DNA of 64,000 bases from Limisphaerales bacterium (GCA_965283725.1 CBDIPT010000001.1:719730-783729), one strand, 5' to 3'; positions 1 through 10,421 are shown, numbered from the stretch's first letter. Numbers and translations: made by a program. Notes: generated by a model not told the origin, from the letters alone.

Positions 1-1
1 G

Positions 2-253
2 GACGCATGGCTGGCCAAGATCAAAGAACGTTTGCCGGATTATCAGCCCAATCGCAGCGGCGATCATAACGCGGGCATGCCGACTTCCAAGTATTGGGGC
101 TATGAGAAATATGGCATGGCCGCCATTACCTTTGAATTTGGCGATAATACAGATCGCGGTTTCATACGGGAGCTGAGCCGCGTGGCCGCGGAGGAGATGA
201 TGAAGCTGATGATCGAGGCGGAGAAAGTGCAGAATCCGCCGCCGCCTCAGTAA
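2..253 (+). CDS. 3' fragment of a gene running off the left edge; possibly an M14-type zinc carboxypeptidase-like protein
   Basis: The frame is open from nt 2 ([15 protein letters not shown]...) to the TAA at 251-253. The [15 protein letters not shown] stretch resembles the conserved T-x-E-x-G strand near the C-terminus of M14 peptidases. The function is a weak guess. Confidence 0.35.
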   Translation, partial: DAWLAKIKERLPDYQPNRSGDHNAGMPTSKYWGYEKYGMAAITFEFGDNTDRGFIRELSRVAAEEMMKLMIEAEKVQNPPPPQ

Positions 254-960
254 GGCGTGGCGGTGACGCCGTTGCTCAGGATTTTCCAGATCTCATCTTG
301 CGCCGCATTGTTCGTCGGGCTGATGGTAGTGCAGCCGGAGAGGGGAGTATTGAACTTCGCGCGGTCCACCCAATCCGCACTGCCATCACCCATGATGATG
401 TTCACGCCGTTCACATGACGTGTATCCAGTCGTTCGGGCAATCCGGGTGTGTCCGCGAGAATCGCTGCCTTGTTGAGGCGTTCCAGTCGTGGCCAGATGT
501 TGGGCCGATTCGTGGAAGCCCAGTCCACCACGGGTGTGGAGGCGTAACCACCTTGCACGTTCACGCCGTTGGTGCCGGGTGGCCAAGGGTTTTCAGAAGT
601 GGCGTAGGATTGCGAAGCGGCCCGTTCGGCCGGGCAATACATCATCTTGGGATTCTCCAGCAAGTTCACCTGATACAGCCGACCGAAGATGACGAAGTGA
701 TTCACGGTGCCGCTGAAGACCATCGTGTTCCACTGCTTGCGTCCACCCCGATACCCCAGTGGGACGGCGCCATTATTATCCAGGGAGTAAATCTGGAAGA
801 GCGCGTAAAGCTGCCGCATGTTGCTCAGGCAAGAAGTACGTTGCGCCTTCGCCTTGGCCATCGCCATCGCGGGCAAGAGCATGCCCGCCAGAATGCCGAT
901 GATCGCGATGACCACCAGCAGTTCGATGAGCGTGAATGCCTGTTTGCTTCCGTGCTTCAT
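247..960 (-). CDS. Prepilin-type N-terminal cleavage/methylation domain protein, DUF1559 (H-X9-DG) family
   Basis: The N-terminus [30 protein letters not shown] is a textbook type IV pilin-like leader plus hydrophobic helix. The remainder looks like the DUF1559 family that is expanded in Planctomycetota and Verrucomicrobiota. Confidence 0.85.
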   Translation of the reverse strand: MKHGSKQAFTLIELLVVIAIIGILAGMLLPAMAMAKAKAQRTSCLSNMRQLYALFQIYSLDNNGAVPLGYRGGRKQWNTMVFSGTVNHFVIFGRLYQVNLLENPKMMYCPAERAASQSYATSENPWPPGTNGVNVQGGYASTPVVDWASTNRPNIWPRLERLNKAAILADTPGLPERLDTRHVNGVNIIMGDGSADWVDRAKFNTPLSGCTTISPTNNAAQDEIWKILSNGVTATPY

Positions 961-3155
961 TTCTTTGGTTCCGGCAGGGCGAAGGCGACATAAGCATCAC
1001 CTTGCGGAGTCGCCAGTTTGCCACCACCACTGGCGGGAATCACGACATATTGACGGCCATTCACCTGGTAAGTCGCAGGCGGCACATTCCCGCCGAAGGG
1101 CAGCTTCACCGACCACAATTCAGCACCAGTATCGGCATCGAAGGCGCGGAACTTTTCATCGCGTGTGCCCCCGCTGAAGACCAGCCCGCCAGCGGTCACG
1201 ATCGCGCCACCAAAGTTCTCCGTGCCTGTCTTGGGTATGCCTTGTTTGGTCAGTTCAGGGTATTCACCGAGCGGAACCTTCCAGAGCAATTTGCCCGTGT
1301 TCAAATCCAGGCAATTCAGTGTGCCCCAAGGTGCCTTTGTGGCCGGGTAACCGTCTTGATCCAAGAAACGGTTCCAACCTGCTTGCACGTAGCTGGGGCG
1401 TTCAGGCTTCACATTCGTCGCCGGTGGCAGAGGGCGATCACGCAGGAAAAGGAAATCGAGCAACGCCTTTTGATCCTCCGCATTCATTGGTGGTGCGACG
1501 GGCATCAAGCCGCGGCCTGTCTGCAACAGTGTGACAACTTCCGCGTCTTTTAGTCGGTGACGCAAACCGCGCAGCGGCGGAGCCACACCGATGCCCATAC
1601 GGTCATTGCCATGGCATTGAGCACAAGTCTGACGGAAGAGTTCTTCACCCCGTGTGGGTTTCGCTTTTGGATCGAAGGGCGGCTCATCGTTCACAATGAG
1701 GTTCATCAGCCATGGGATTTCATTCGCGCTGACGTAGAGGCGGCCTTTCGTGGGATCGGTGGCCGCGCCGGTCCATTCCGCGCCACCATGCACGCCGAAG
1801 AACACCGTCACCTTGCGGTCGCTCAAGGGTTGGAAAAAGCCGTATTGCAGGCTCTTGATGCGATCACGAACAAATTCAGCAGCCTCTTCCGTGCGCGTCG
1901 TGACATTATCCGGCGTGAATTCCTGTTTAGTGAATGGCTCGGGCAGTTCGATGGCGGGCTGATACGGCGCAGTGATTTCACCGGGTAAGATGGACGTGGG
2001 GGCGCGGCGAAGACGCACGGGGAAGATAGGTTTTCCGGTCACACGATCGAGCAAGAGCGTGTTGCCGATCTTCGTAACGGACGCAACGACGTCCACCTTC
2101 TTGCCGTTGTATGTAATTGTGCTTAGGACAGGCGGGGAGGGGATGTCCAAGTCCCAGATGTCGTGCCGGATTTCTTGGAAATGCCAGAGACGTTTACCGG
2201 TGCGGGCGTCGAGGGCGATGACGCAATTCGCGAACAGATTCTCGCCGCGATGTTGCATGCCCATGAAATTTGGCTTGGGCGAACCCGTAGCGATGTAAGC
2301 GATGCCGCGGACTTCATCGAGCGCCATGCCACCCCAGCAATTCGCTGCGTTGCCTTGCGGCCGGTCCCATGTCTCGAAACCATACTCACCAGCCACGGGC
2401 ACCGTGTGAAACGTCCACAGAGGTTTGCCCGTTACGGTATCGAATGCCCAGACATCTTTCTCATAACCGGGCACGATGAGGATGTTTTGAAAGATTGTGG
2501 GGCCTGCCGTAGCGGCACCAAAAGCCCCCGGTGCTTTACCCGGTAATTCTGCACGGCCTTCTTGACCGAAATCTCGTACGGGCAATCCCGTTTTGGCATC
2601 GAGGGAGTAGAGATACTTGCCTGCACTGAAGAAGAGGCGTGCGCCGTTCTTGCTCGCCCAATAAATCAACCCTCGATAAGCGGGACGTCCTTCGGGCTTG
2701 AAGCGCCAGAGTTCTTTGCCGTTCGTGGCATCCACGGCCACCACGTTCTGGCCCACTGTGGGGACATACATCACGCCATCCACGATCACCGGATTGCACT
2801 GGATGTTTCCTTTGCCATCGCCGGAATGATAAATCCACGCCTGCGTCAGATTGGTCACGTTCGCCTTGTTGATCTGCGTCAACGCGGAGAAACGGGCGGA
2901 ACCATTGTCACCGTGCGAACGGCTCCAGTTGCTGAACGTGTCGCTCTTGGGAAAACCATTGGCGGGCGTCAACTCATTCGGCTTCGCGGCGGGAATCACT
3001 TGGAACGGCGGCAACTTCGCACGTGCCGCCGCATCTTCCACCGCCCAATAATCTGGTTTCTCAGCGGCAGAAAGAGTGAACAGGGGAAGGGTAGCCAACA
3101 ACGTCCCAAGGAAGACTTGGCGCGAGGACTGGCGAAATTGGTCGAATCGGGACAT
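957..3155 (-). CDS. PQQ-dependent (quinoprotein) glucose/quinate-type dehydrogenase with an embedded c-type cytochrome domain
   Basis: It has a beta-propeller quinoprotein signature ([20 protein letters not shown] and repeated D-x-x-T-G-K-x-x-W blades). A CAQCHG haem-binding motif is followed by more propeller blades. I chose the ATG at 3155 (MSRFDQF..., then signal-like [13 protein letters not shown]) because the longer ORF would overlap the upstream gene. Confidence 0.8.
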   Translation of the reverse strand: MSRFDQFRQSSRQVFLGTLLATLPLFTLSAAEKPDYWAVEDAAARAKLPPFQVIPAAKPNELTPANGFPKSDTFSNWSRSHGDNGSARFSALTQINKANVTNLTQAWIYHSGDGKGNIQCNPVIVDGVMYVPTVGQNVVAVDATNGKELWRFKPEGRPAYRGLIYWASKNGARLFFSAGKYLYSLDAKTGLPVRDFGQEGRAELPGKAPGAFGAATAGPTIFQNILIVPGYEKDVWAFDTVTGKPLWTFHTVPVAGEYGFETWDRPQGNAANCWGGMALDEVRGIAYIATGSPKPNFMGMQHRGENLFANCVIALDARTGKRLWHFQEIRHDIWDLDIPSPPVLSTITYNGKKVDVVASVTKIGNTLLLDRVTGKPIFPVRLRRAPTSILPGEITAPYQPAIELPEPFTKQEFTPDNVTTRTEEAAEFVRDRIKSLQYGFFQPLSDRKVTVFFGVHGGAEWTGAATDPTKGRLYVSANEIPWLMNLIVNDEPPFDPKAKPTRGEELFRQTCAQCHGNDRMGIGVAPPLRGLRHRLKDAEVVTLLQTGRGLMPVAPPMNAEDQKALLDFLFLRDRPLPPATNVKPERPSYVQAGWNRFLDQDGYPATKAPWGTLNCLDLNTGKLLWKVPLGEYPELTKQGIPKTGTENFGGAIVTAGGLVFSGGTRDEKFRAFDADTGAELWSVKLPFGGNVPPATYQVNGRQYVVIPASGGGKLATPQGDAYVAFALPEPKK

Positions 3156-3234
3156 GCCCGGACAAATTGGCATAACCCATAGACGCGGCAAGACGGGAAT
3201 TTTATTCAGCCGAAGCCCGTAAACCGCAAATCTT

Positions 3235-4053
3235 TTAGTCATCCCATCCAGCCCGATGCGGCCATTGCTGGATGTAGGCGAGCTGTGCTTCGCGATCAGG
3301 GACATCCGTGCGTTGGGAGCTGGTGAGGAAACGCTCCGTATAAGCGGCGTCGAGGGCTTGGACGTTCACCACGTTGCCATCCACCGTGAAGACTGCACGC
3401 CACGCGCCACAGCCTATTTCAAAGACTCCGGTGCGACGACGCTTGATGCGCCGGGTGCGGTGCGGGGCGGGATCGCGCGCGAGGAACTCATTCATGCGCG
3501 GGCGGAAATCGATGCCCCAATTCGCCTTGAGCCATTCGGCTTGCGTTTGCGCCAGAGCAGAGAGAGCTACGGTGAATTGTGGCGGGGCTTGGTGCAACGC
3601 TTCCACTTCATCCGTCCAGCCGGCTTTCTCGCCGGGGAAAATATCGTAAGCGGGGATGTAAGGTTTGATATCGAAGACGGGTGTACCATCCACGAGATCG
3701 CACGCGCCGAGGATGAGCTTGCGGCCTTCCACGCCGATGAGTTGCACGGGCGTGAGGCCAAGCGGATTCGGGCGGTAAGGCGAACGCGTGGCGAAGACGC
3801 CGCGTCGTTTCGAAGGGCCTCGTGGTGGCAGCACGAGCGGCTTCCACGCGCTGTTCCGATGAAACCACCAGATGAGCCAGATGCGCGTGAACCCGGCGAC
3901 ATCTTGCAAGGCCTGCTCGTAATCATAATCCGGCAGCAGCTCGAGGATGTTCCGCTCGGGCTCTTCTTCCAACGGCTGGTGCCGCGCATGAAACTTAAGT
4001 GGTTTCTGCGTGGCGATAAACCCAATGGGTTTTAATTTGAGCCCGTTGTCCAA
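3235..4053 (-). CDS. TsaA/TrmO-family protein (tRNA m6t6A37 methyltransferase-like) with a C-terminal extension
   Basis: The conserved TrmO/YaeB core motifs are RIWLIWWFH, GVFATRSPYRPNPLGLTPVQL and DGTPVFDIKPYIP. Confidence 0.7.
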   Translation of the reverse strand: MDNGLKLKPIGFIATQKPLKFHARHQPLEEEPERNILELLPDYDYEQALQDVAGFTRIWLIWWFHRNSAWKPLVLPPRGPSKRRGVFATRSPYRPNPLGLTPVQLIGVEGRKLILGACDLVDGTPVFDIKPYIPAYDIFPGEKAGWTDEVEALHQAPPQFTVALSALAQTQAEWLKANWGIDFRPRMNEFLARDPAPHRTRRIKRRRTGVFEIGCGAWRAVFTVDGNVVNVQALDAAYTERFLTSSQRTDVPDREAQLAYIQQWPHRAGWDD

Positions 4054-4110
4054 AGTGCTTGTCCGTTCAACTAGTAACCAGATTTCGTGATCACGTCGAG
4101 AACGAGACGC

Positions 4111-4479
4111 TTACGATTGTGGCCCGCGATACACGCACCGCGCCGTGCATGTCTCGGCCACGACGACTTCGCTGAGCAACGGCAAGCGTGGCTTCAACTC
4201 GTTCCAGATCCAGATGGCGAGGTTTTCGCTCGTGGGATTTTCGAGGCCTTTGACTTCGTTCAGGTAGTAGTGATCGAGGCGGTCCCAGAGCGGTTTGAAA
4301 GCGGCCTTCACATCGGCGTAATCCATCACCCAGCCAAACGCGGGATCGACTTCGCCGGTGACGACGATCTCCACCTGAAAACTGTGGCCGTGCAGGCGAC
4401 GGCATTTGTGCGTCTCCGGCAGGTGAGGCAGGAGGTGGGCGGCTTCAAATTGAAAGGTGCGGCGCAGGTCCATTTTCAT
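4111..4479 (-). CDS. queD: 6-carboxy-5,6,7,8-tetrahydropterin synthase / 6-pyruvoyl-tetrahydropterin synthase family (QueD-like)
   Basis: [58 protein letters not shown] carries the PTPS/QueD Zn-binding and catalytic pattern (H...C..LHGH). The ATG at 4479 forms an ATGA overlap with the stop of the upstream luxC-like gene. An alternative start lies at 4497. Confidence 0.75.
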   Translation of the reverse strand: MKMDLRRTFQFEAAHLLPHLPETHKCRRLHGHSFQVEIVVTGEVDPAFGWVMDYADVKAAFKPLWDRLDHYYLNEVKGLENPTSENLAIWIWNELKPRLPLLSEVVVAETCTARCVYRGPQS

Positions 4480-5846
4480 ACAGAATCTTTCTCCCAATCA
4501 GTCCACGTCACGAGGTCGTTGAGGGCCGGGCGGCCATCATGACGCCACGTGAGCGGCGGTTTTTGCATCTTGCCGAGCGAGCAGATGCGCGTGACACCCC
4601 ATTGGGCGAAACGTAAGGCCAGCTTTTGCGCGGTGACATCCGTCGCCGCCAGGCCGACCGTGGAAATCTGGCCGCGCATCGGTTCCAGCGTGCGCAGCAA
4701 TTGCTCCTGTCCCGTGATCTCTTTCACGTAGATGAACCGGTTTAGGCAGGAGAGCTGGAAGCCAGTGTCGCTCTCGAAAATAACCGTCCACGCAGTGGAG
4801 TTTTCACTGCACCAGAGTTGCGTGCCGGGTAAGTGCGCGGCGCGGACTTCGTAGAAGGCGCGGCGGGTTTGGATGGCCGCTGCACTGTGAGTGTCCAGCG
4901 GTCCACGCGGTTCGGCCGTTTCGCGGGTGGCAAGTTCATCAGCGAGCTTGGCCGCGAATTGGGCCGGATCAACGGAACCGCCGCGCTCCACATAGATGAC
5001 GTGCGGGCTGAGGCAACCGAGTTGGTTCCACGCCACGATGTCATCGGCCGCCTGCTTCACAATGTCCGCCATGGTCCAATCACTCAGCATCTCGCCCGCG
5101 ATGTAACCAAAGCTCACGCGATGACCGTAGCCGAGGAAGCGCACGCGAATGGGCAGACGCTGGCGGATATCCGCAAGCGCTTCATCTGAGCCCGTGGCGG
5201 TGACGCAATCGGCTTCGGAAAAGAGGGCGTGTTCGATCTCCCGTTCACCACCCGGCCACTCAGCGAGTTCAAGGCACGCGCCTAGTTTGGCATCGGCTTC
5301 ATAGAGCGAATGCGCGAAGAGACGAGGCAAGAACGAAGCACCGCGTGCGCATTTCACGAACTGGGCGGAGCGCGTGAGCAAGCCGAGGATGAGGCTCATC
5401 CACGTAGGGTTCGGCAAGTTGCCTGCCGCGATGTGCACGAGCAGTTCCGGCCCACTGGCGAAGGAGGTGCGATCACCGATACGTTCCTCTTTGCTCGCTG
5501 TGAACGCATCAAGGCGCTTAGCGTGGCCGAGCTCTTGTACGAGTAATGTCTCTAAGTTCTCTTCGGTGATCTGGCTGAAGAAATCATCGATGCCGCGTTC
5601 GATGGTGTGCCTGGAAAAGCCGGTGTGACGCGGGCCTTCATTCAAGGCGAGTTGACGGAAGGAATAGGTCTTCTGCTGCCATTGCGCCGCCACTTCACAG
5701 AGCAGACGGACGATACTGCTCGTGGGTCGTGCGATGAGGAACTGCTGCCGGTTCCGCTTCAACGTTTGACATGCTTCCGTGATGAGCGCTCCGGTGAGGG
5801 AGGCTTCCGGTGGCAGATCGGCGAGGAAGTAGTTGGGCAGGTTCAT
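4476..5846 (-). CDS. LuxC-like acyl-CoA (fatty acyl) reductase, aldehyde-dehydrogenase superfamily
   Basis: [29 protein letters not shown] and the catalytic-Cys context [13 protein letters not shown] match the LuxC family pattern. The length of about 456 aa is typical. Confidence 0.7.
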   Translation of the reverse strand: MNLPNYFLADLPPEASLTGALITEACQTLKRNRQQFLIARPTSSIVRLLCEVAAQWQQKTYSFRQLALNEGPRHTGFSRHTIERGIDDFFSQITEENLETLLVQELGHAKRLDAFTASKEERIGDRTSFASGPELLVHIAAGNLPNPTWMSLILGLLTRSAQFVKCARGASFLPRLFAHSLYEADAKLGACLELAEWPGGEREIEHALFSEADCVTATGSDEALADIRQRLPIRVRFLGYGHRVSFGYIAGEMLSDWTMADIVKQAADDIVAWNQLGCLSPHVIYVERGGSVDPAQFAAKLADELATRETAEPRGPLDTHSAAAIQTRRAFYEVRAAHLPGTQLWCSENSTAWTVIFESDTGFQLSCLNRFIYVKEITGQEQLLRTLEPMRGQISTVGLAATDVTAQKLALRFAQWGVTRICSLGKMQKPPLTWRHDGRPALNDLVTWTDWEKDSV

Positions 5847-5861
5847 GGCGCGACAGTAGTT

Positions 5862-7112
5862 TTAGGCTTTGGGCGGATGTTCCAAGGCTTGTTCACGTTT
5901 ACGGATCGCGTGCAAGCACGGCAGGCCGATCAAGGAGACCAGCACGGTGACCATGAGCATGATGTAGATGGGATAGAACGCCGTCGGATTTCCCGTCGCG
6001 GAGGTATCGAGCCTTTTCACCCAATCGCCGATGATCCACGGAGCCAGACTGCCGGTGCAGCCGCCGATGGTGATGAAGAAACCGAACACGCGTCCGCGAA
6101 TGGAATCGGGCACGGCATCCATCAAGGCAGCTTCGATCATCGGGTAGCTGCCCATGAAGAAGAAGCCATAGACGAATAACGGCAGGAAAATCAATTCGGC
6201 CGGAAAACGCGGCGTGATAAAAACGAGCAGACCAGCAGCTACTAGAACCACCGCCGTCCAGCGCATCCGGTTCTTCACATGACCGAACACCAGATTGCTG
6301 AGAGTAGCGGCCAAGAAGATGATGCTCAGCGTGGAGCCCGTCAGCTTGGTGTCGAAGTGATGGGCTTTTTGCAGGAAAAGTGAGCTAAGGCTGCCCATGC
6401 CGAAGCCGGTGAAATCCCGCAGACCAAAGAAGCATGCGGCCGCGATAAAAAAGATCCAGAGCGCCTGTGTGGGGAACAAGGGCACGGATTTGGCTGCGGC
6501 ATGGGAGTCAGCATGCGCCTCGGTTTGGCAATCCGAGGCAAAGCGGTTGAAGATCGCCGCCATGATGAGTCCCGCAAGGCCGAATTCGAAGACTGGTTTG
6601 CGCCACGCCGAAGGACCGATCATCGGTTCTAGCATTTCCGCCCGCCAACCGGCGTAGATTGGGCCGATGAGAAAGCCGATGCCAGCACCGATGCCCAGCA
6701 AACCGATGGCCCGGCCCGTGTTTTCGGGGTAGAGCCGCGCGACGAGTGAAGTCGCTGCCGGATGGAAGAGGCTGCCACCCAGACCGGCGACGATGACGCA
6801 GGCCAGGGCGGATTGATAAGAATTTGCATTGGCCAGACCGATGAAGCCCACGCCATTGATCGCGAGGCCGATGGCGAGCAGATGTTTTTTGCTGAACTTG
6901 TCCGCCAGGATGCCCGCGAGGTAACTGGGCAGGAAGTAAGATAGCATCATCACTGTGACCAGCGATGTGGCTTTGCCTTCGCCGTCGAATTCCAAGTCGT
7001 CACGGATGAGCAGGTAAAGCGGTACGAGGGCGACCTGATAGACATGCGTGAAGGCATGCAGGACGGCACTCAGGAAGAGCGTGCGGGAACGATGCTCGGC
7101 AGGTTTACTCAT
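5862..7112 (-). CDS. MFS transporter
   Basis: It is a 416-aa polytopic protein with about 12 hydrophobic segments. It has an MFS-type loop motif (GILADKFSKKHLL) between TM2 and TM3. Confidence 0.85.
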   Translation of the reverse strand: MSKPAEHRSRTLFLSAVLHAFTHVYQVALVPLYLLIRDDLEFDGEGKATSLVTVMMLSYFLPSYLAGILADKFSKKHLLAIGLAINGVGFIGLANANSYQSALACVIVAGLGGSLFHPAATSLVARLYPENTGRAIGLLGIGAGIGFLIGPIYAGWRAEMLEPMIGPSAWRKPVFEFGLAGLIMAAIFNRFASDCQTEAHADSHAAAKSVPLFPTQALWIFFIAAACFFGLRDFTGFGMGSLSSLFLQKAHHFDTKLTGSTLSIIFLAATLSNLVFGHVKNRMRWTAVVLVAAGLLVFITPRFPAELIFLPLFVYGFFFMGSYPMIEAALMDAVPDSIRGRVFGFFITIGGCTGSLAPWIIGDWVKRLDTSATGNPTAFYPIYIMLMVTVLVSLIGLPCLHAIRKREQALEHPPKA

Positions 7113-7121
7113 GTAAATTGT

Positions 7122-8312
7122 TTATCGGGCCATCAGCGAACAGCCGCGCGATTCAGCTTGGGCGGCGCGGCCAAGCAGTTCAAAACCAGCTTCGTGACGG
7201 ATGGCGAGGTCTTCGGTCTGGACGGCAGCGATGGACCACACGTTGGCCAGATCATGGATGCGTACCAAGCCGGTTTCACCCACGGTGGCTTCCGCTCCGG
7301 TCTCGGGCGATACGATGACCACCCGTGCCCAAGGGGGAAAGCGGAAGCGGCGAGGGGAAGCGGCGCTACAAACGCGGTCATAGGCTTGGGAACTGAGCTC
7401 GCTCATGCCGTACTCGCAGAGGATGGCTTCATCCGGGATGCCGAGACGAATTGAAAGCTGGCGATGCAGTTCGGCCTTGGGCAGTTCGCGGGAGCGCCCT
7501 TTGTAGCCGCCAGTTTCCATAAGCCGCGAACCCGGAGGGAGCTTGAAATGCAGGTTGCGCTGTTCCAATTCATCCAGTAGGTGAACGAAGAGGAAGGCGG
7601 TGCCGAGCAAAAGGACCGGTTGCTGCGAGGTGATAGACCCCTCAACCGTCGCAAAAACTTCGGCGAAGTTGATCTCCCAAGTTTTGTCTAAATTTAGTGT
7701 GCCAAAGAATTGCGTTTTGCCGGGGGTGAATGCGTTTTGCACGGTCTCGAACATGTGGATGAGCGAGGAATTGGGGCAAGACGCGGGCGGTGGCGTGAGA
7801 GGGAGGATATGGATGTTGGCTTGAAACGACTCACACCTTACCCCGGTCCTCTCCCCGTTGAGGGGAGAAGGAGAAGATGTGGTCGCTGCGAGTTTGGGTG
7901 CGGCGCTTATCGTTGGTAGCACATGCTTCTGAAACCACGGGAGCAGTGAGTGCTCGTAAACCGCCAAAGATTCCACACTATGAAAATGGCGGCTGGGACG
8001 TTGCTCGGTGGTGCCGCTGGAGTGGAATACGGTCGTGCGTCCGGAATTAGGCAAACTGCTCAGTTCCAAATCCTTAAAGGCTGTTGTAGGGAGCGCGGGA
8101 ATATCCTGCCAAAGGGTAACCGTAGAGGGGGTTTTACGACGGCGATCACACAAACTACGGTAGGGGGTGATGGCGTCGTATTGCAGTCGAAACAGGTCTA
8201 AAGCCAAGATTTGGAACTCGTTCTCGCCCAAGGACTCAGGCTGGCTGGCGGCACGGGAAATCGCATCGCATAAGCGACGGGCGAAGTCTTGAAATGGACG
8301 TTGATTCGTCAT
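7122..8312 (-). CDS. LuxE-like acyl-protein synthetase / acyl-adenylate-forming enzyme
   Basis: VFHSSGTTEQRPSRHFH (SSGTT AMP-binding-like loop), METGGYKGRS and CEYGMSELSSQAY match the LuxE-family pattern. Only 9 nt separate it from the MFS gene. Confidence 0.7.
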   Translation of the reverse strand: MTNQRPFQDFARRLCDAISRAASQPESLGENEFQILALDLFRLQYDAITPYRSLCDRRRKTPSTVTLWQDIPALPTTAFKDLELSSLPNSGRTTVFHSSGTTEQRPSRHFHSVESLAVYEHSLLPWFQKHVLPTISAAPKLAATTSSPSPLNGERTGVRCESFQANIHILPLTPPPASCPNSSLIHMFETVQNAFTPGKTQFFGTLNLDKTWEINFAEVFATVEGSITSQQPVLLLGTAFLFVHLLDELEQRNLHFKLPPGSRLMETGGYKGRSRELPKAELHRQLSIRLGIPDEAILCEYGMSELSSQAYDRVCSAASPRRFRFPPWARVVIVSPETGAEATVGETGLVRIHDLANVWSIAAVQTEDLAIRHEAGFELLGRAAQAESRGCSLMAR

Positions 8313-8434
8313 GTGCGGTTTTTATTGGAGACGCTGATTTGGATCAGCGCCACCGGCTGGTTTTCCGCGACAGCCGGACGGATAATGAAGCAGGCTAAGG
8401 CTGCTTGTGCAAGTGCGGGATTAGCAGGCTTTGG

Positions 8435-8767
8435 CTAGGCGTTATCCCCGGTTTGCTCCACATGACTATCAAGTTCACCGGCGAAGGCCTTACGGGTCAG
8501 CTCGATGTGTTCTTTGAGCAGGGAGGATTCGTCCACCGACAGGTTGCCGCGCGTCTTGAATTCCAACATTTCCAGCAGATCGATAAACATCTTGGCGGAT
8601 TCGAGGTCTTTCGGCGCGGCCAGACCGGTTTCGGGGTCGGCGATCTGCCCCAGCATCATCATGGCGAGCTGGGAATGCTGCAAAACGAGGCCGGTGAACA
8701 GATGGGCCATGATTTCATCCCGGTCGGCTTGGGCCAAAGATTCGTCTGAAGGAAACGTATGTTTCAT
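8435..8767 (-). CDS. DUF1844 domain protein
   Basis: FTGLVLQHSQLAMMMLGQIADPETG...DLESAKMFIDLLEMLEFKTRGNL fits the DUF1844 consensus as I recall it. It has a 4-nt overlap with the upstream Lon-N gene. Confidence 0.6.
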   Translation of the reverse strand: MKHTFPSDESLAQADRDEIMAHLFTGLVLQHSQLAMMMLGQIADPETGLAAPKDLESAKMFIDLLEMLEFKTRGNLSVDESSLLKEHIELTRKAFAGELDSHVEQTGDNA

Positions 8768-9453
8768 TTTTTGCCAGTGTTACGAGCGCGTTTGATGACG
8801 GCGAGCAGGAAATGCACGAGATGTTTCAGGCGTTCCTCGATCGCGGGCGTCTCCAGCAGCACCTGCCGTTCGGCGGGGCTGGTCAGGAGCATGCCGCCGA
8901 TGGCATCCACAAATATCTCGGGTTCCTCGATTTTTTCGATCTGGCGAAGAAATTGCTTATAGGATTCCGCGGTTTGGGCATCAACGGGCGAACTGGTCTC
9001 GTCGCCGGGCACTTTTTGGATGATCTCCGCGCCGGGATAGAGCCCTTCATCGAAGATCAGGGCGACCAGCTCGCGGGCTTTGCCCATGAGTGCATCGGCG
9101 GTGACGGGGTTGGCCGGAGCCGCGGGCAAAACCTCGATCTGATGCACCCGGTAGGGTTTGGACTGGGTCTGCTTGCCGAGTTGAATTCTGGTCAAACCTT
9201 GAACAATCAGGTGCGATGTTCCGTCTTTATTCTCGACGGAAGCGCGGATGAGGCCGATACCGGCTACTTCGGTGGGCGTTTCGCGGACCCGGTCAGGGTG
9301 CTGCATGGCCACGGAGAACATCCGGTGCGTGGCCAAGGCATCAGCCAGCATGGTGCGATAACGCGGCTCAAAGATATAGAGCGGCAGGATGGTATGCGGG
9401 AACAAAATAGCGTTCGGCAAGACCATCACCCCGATCTCTGACGGTAAATCCAT
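8764..9453 (-). CDS. LON N-terminal substrate-binding domain protein (no AAA or protease domain)
   Basis: IGVMVLPNAILFPHTILPLYIFEPRYRTML is the canonical start of the Lon N-domain. The protein is only 229 aa. Confidence 0.75.
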   Translation of the reverse strand: MDLPSEIGVMVLPNAILFPHTILPLYIFEPRYRTMLADALATHRMFSVAMQHPDRVRETPTEVAGIGLIRASVENKDGTSHLIVQGLTRIQLGKQTQSKPYRVHQIEVLPAAPANPVTADALMGKARELVALIFDEGLYPGAEIIQKVPGDETSSPVDAQTAESYKQFLRQIEKIEEPEIFVDAIGGMLLTSPAERQVLLETPAIEERLKHLVHFLLAVIKRARNTGKK

Positions 9454-9545
9454 GGCCGTAATGTAGAACTGGTCTGGCGGTATGCAAGCGGCACGGTGCG
9501 TGCTGATGCCTTTACAAATCGAATAACGAAAAGCAAAGTGAACTT

Positions 9546-10421
9546 ATGAAGTCGAAAGTGGCAATAATCGTTCTGGTGATCGTTTGCGGGATTCTCGCCC
9601 TCTGCTGGCGGCGTGACAAGTCTGAGGCCGCCAAGCAAAAGGAGGCCGATGCCCTGGTGATCCAGACGCGTGATGGCGAAGTGACCAAGCTCAAGGGTGA
9701 CCTGCACCAGCAGAAGCTCGTCAACGACAAGCTGGACAGCACGGTGCAAAACCTGACGCAGGAAACCCTGAGCCTCTCCAACAACCTGACCCGCACCTCG
9801 GCGGACCTGACGAAGACGAGCAGCGATCTCTCCAAGACCGCCGCCCAGTTGAAGCAGACTGCGCAAGAGGCGGAAGAGACGAAGCGCCGGGCGGAACAGG
9901 CGGCGGAGATCGCGAAGCAGGAAATCGCCAAGCGTGATGCCCAGATCGCCGAGCTGGAAGTGAACCGCGACCAGTTGACGAACAAGATGGCCGCGTTGAG
10001 CACCTCCATCCAGGGCTTGGAAAAGAATATCGCCGACACGCAGCAAAAGCTCACCGCCGCGCAAGGTGACCGGGAGTTCCTGCTGAAGGAATTGAAACGT
10101 TTGCAGACGGAAAAAGCCGAGCTGGAACGCCAGATGGCGGACCTCGATTTCCTGCGCAAGCAGATCTCGCAATTGCGGGAAGAGCTGAACATCCAGAAGC
10201 GCCTCGAGTGGATCCGCCGCGGCATCTACGGTGCCGGGGATAACCGCAAGGGTGGCCAGTTGATGACGGATGGCTTCATCAAGCCGCCGACCAGCACGAA
10301 GGAAGGCACCAACAGCGCACCGGGTCTCGAAGTGGAGATCAAGCGGGATGGTGGCGTGAAGATCAATTCAACGCCGACGAACGCCCCGGCCGCTCCCGCA
10401 CCTGCAACGGTGCCTAAATGA
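9546..10421 (+). CDS. Membrane-anchored coiled-coil protein, function unknown
   Basis: An N-terminal TM helix (VAIIVLVIVCGILALCW) is followed by about 200 aa of heptad-like, K/E/Q/L-rich sequence. It has an ATGA overlap with moaA. Confidence 0.6.
   Translation: MKSKVAIIVLVIVCGILALCWRRDKSEAAKQKEADALVIQTRDGEVTKLKGDLHQQKLVNDKLDSTVQNLTQETLSLSNNLTRTSADLTKTSSDLSKTAAQLKQTAQEAEETKRRAEQAAEIAKQEIAKRDAQIAELEVNRDQLTNKMAALSTSIQGLEKNIADTQQKLTAAQGDREFLLKELKRLQTEKAELERQMADLDFLRKQISQLREELNIQKRLEWIRRGIYGAGDNRKGGQLMTDGFIKPPTSTKEGTNSAPGLEVEIKRDGGVKINSTPTNAPAAPAPATVPK

Noticed and set aside
4476-8312. Bioluminescence (lux) operon
   Set aside because: Only luxC-like and luxE-like genes are present. There is no luxA/luxB luciferase or luxD thioesterase, so light production is not supported.
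9426-10225. Two overlapping minus-strand ORFs (248 aa and 237 aa)
   Set aside because: They lie opposite the coiled-coil protein gene. The repetitive codon content of that gene keeps the antisense frames open. The plus-strand product has a credible TM anchor and is translationally coupled to moaA.
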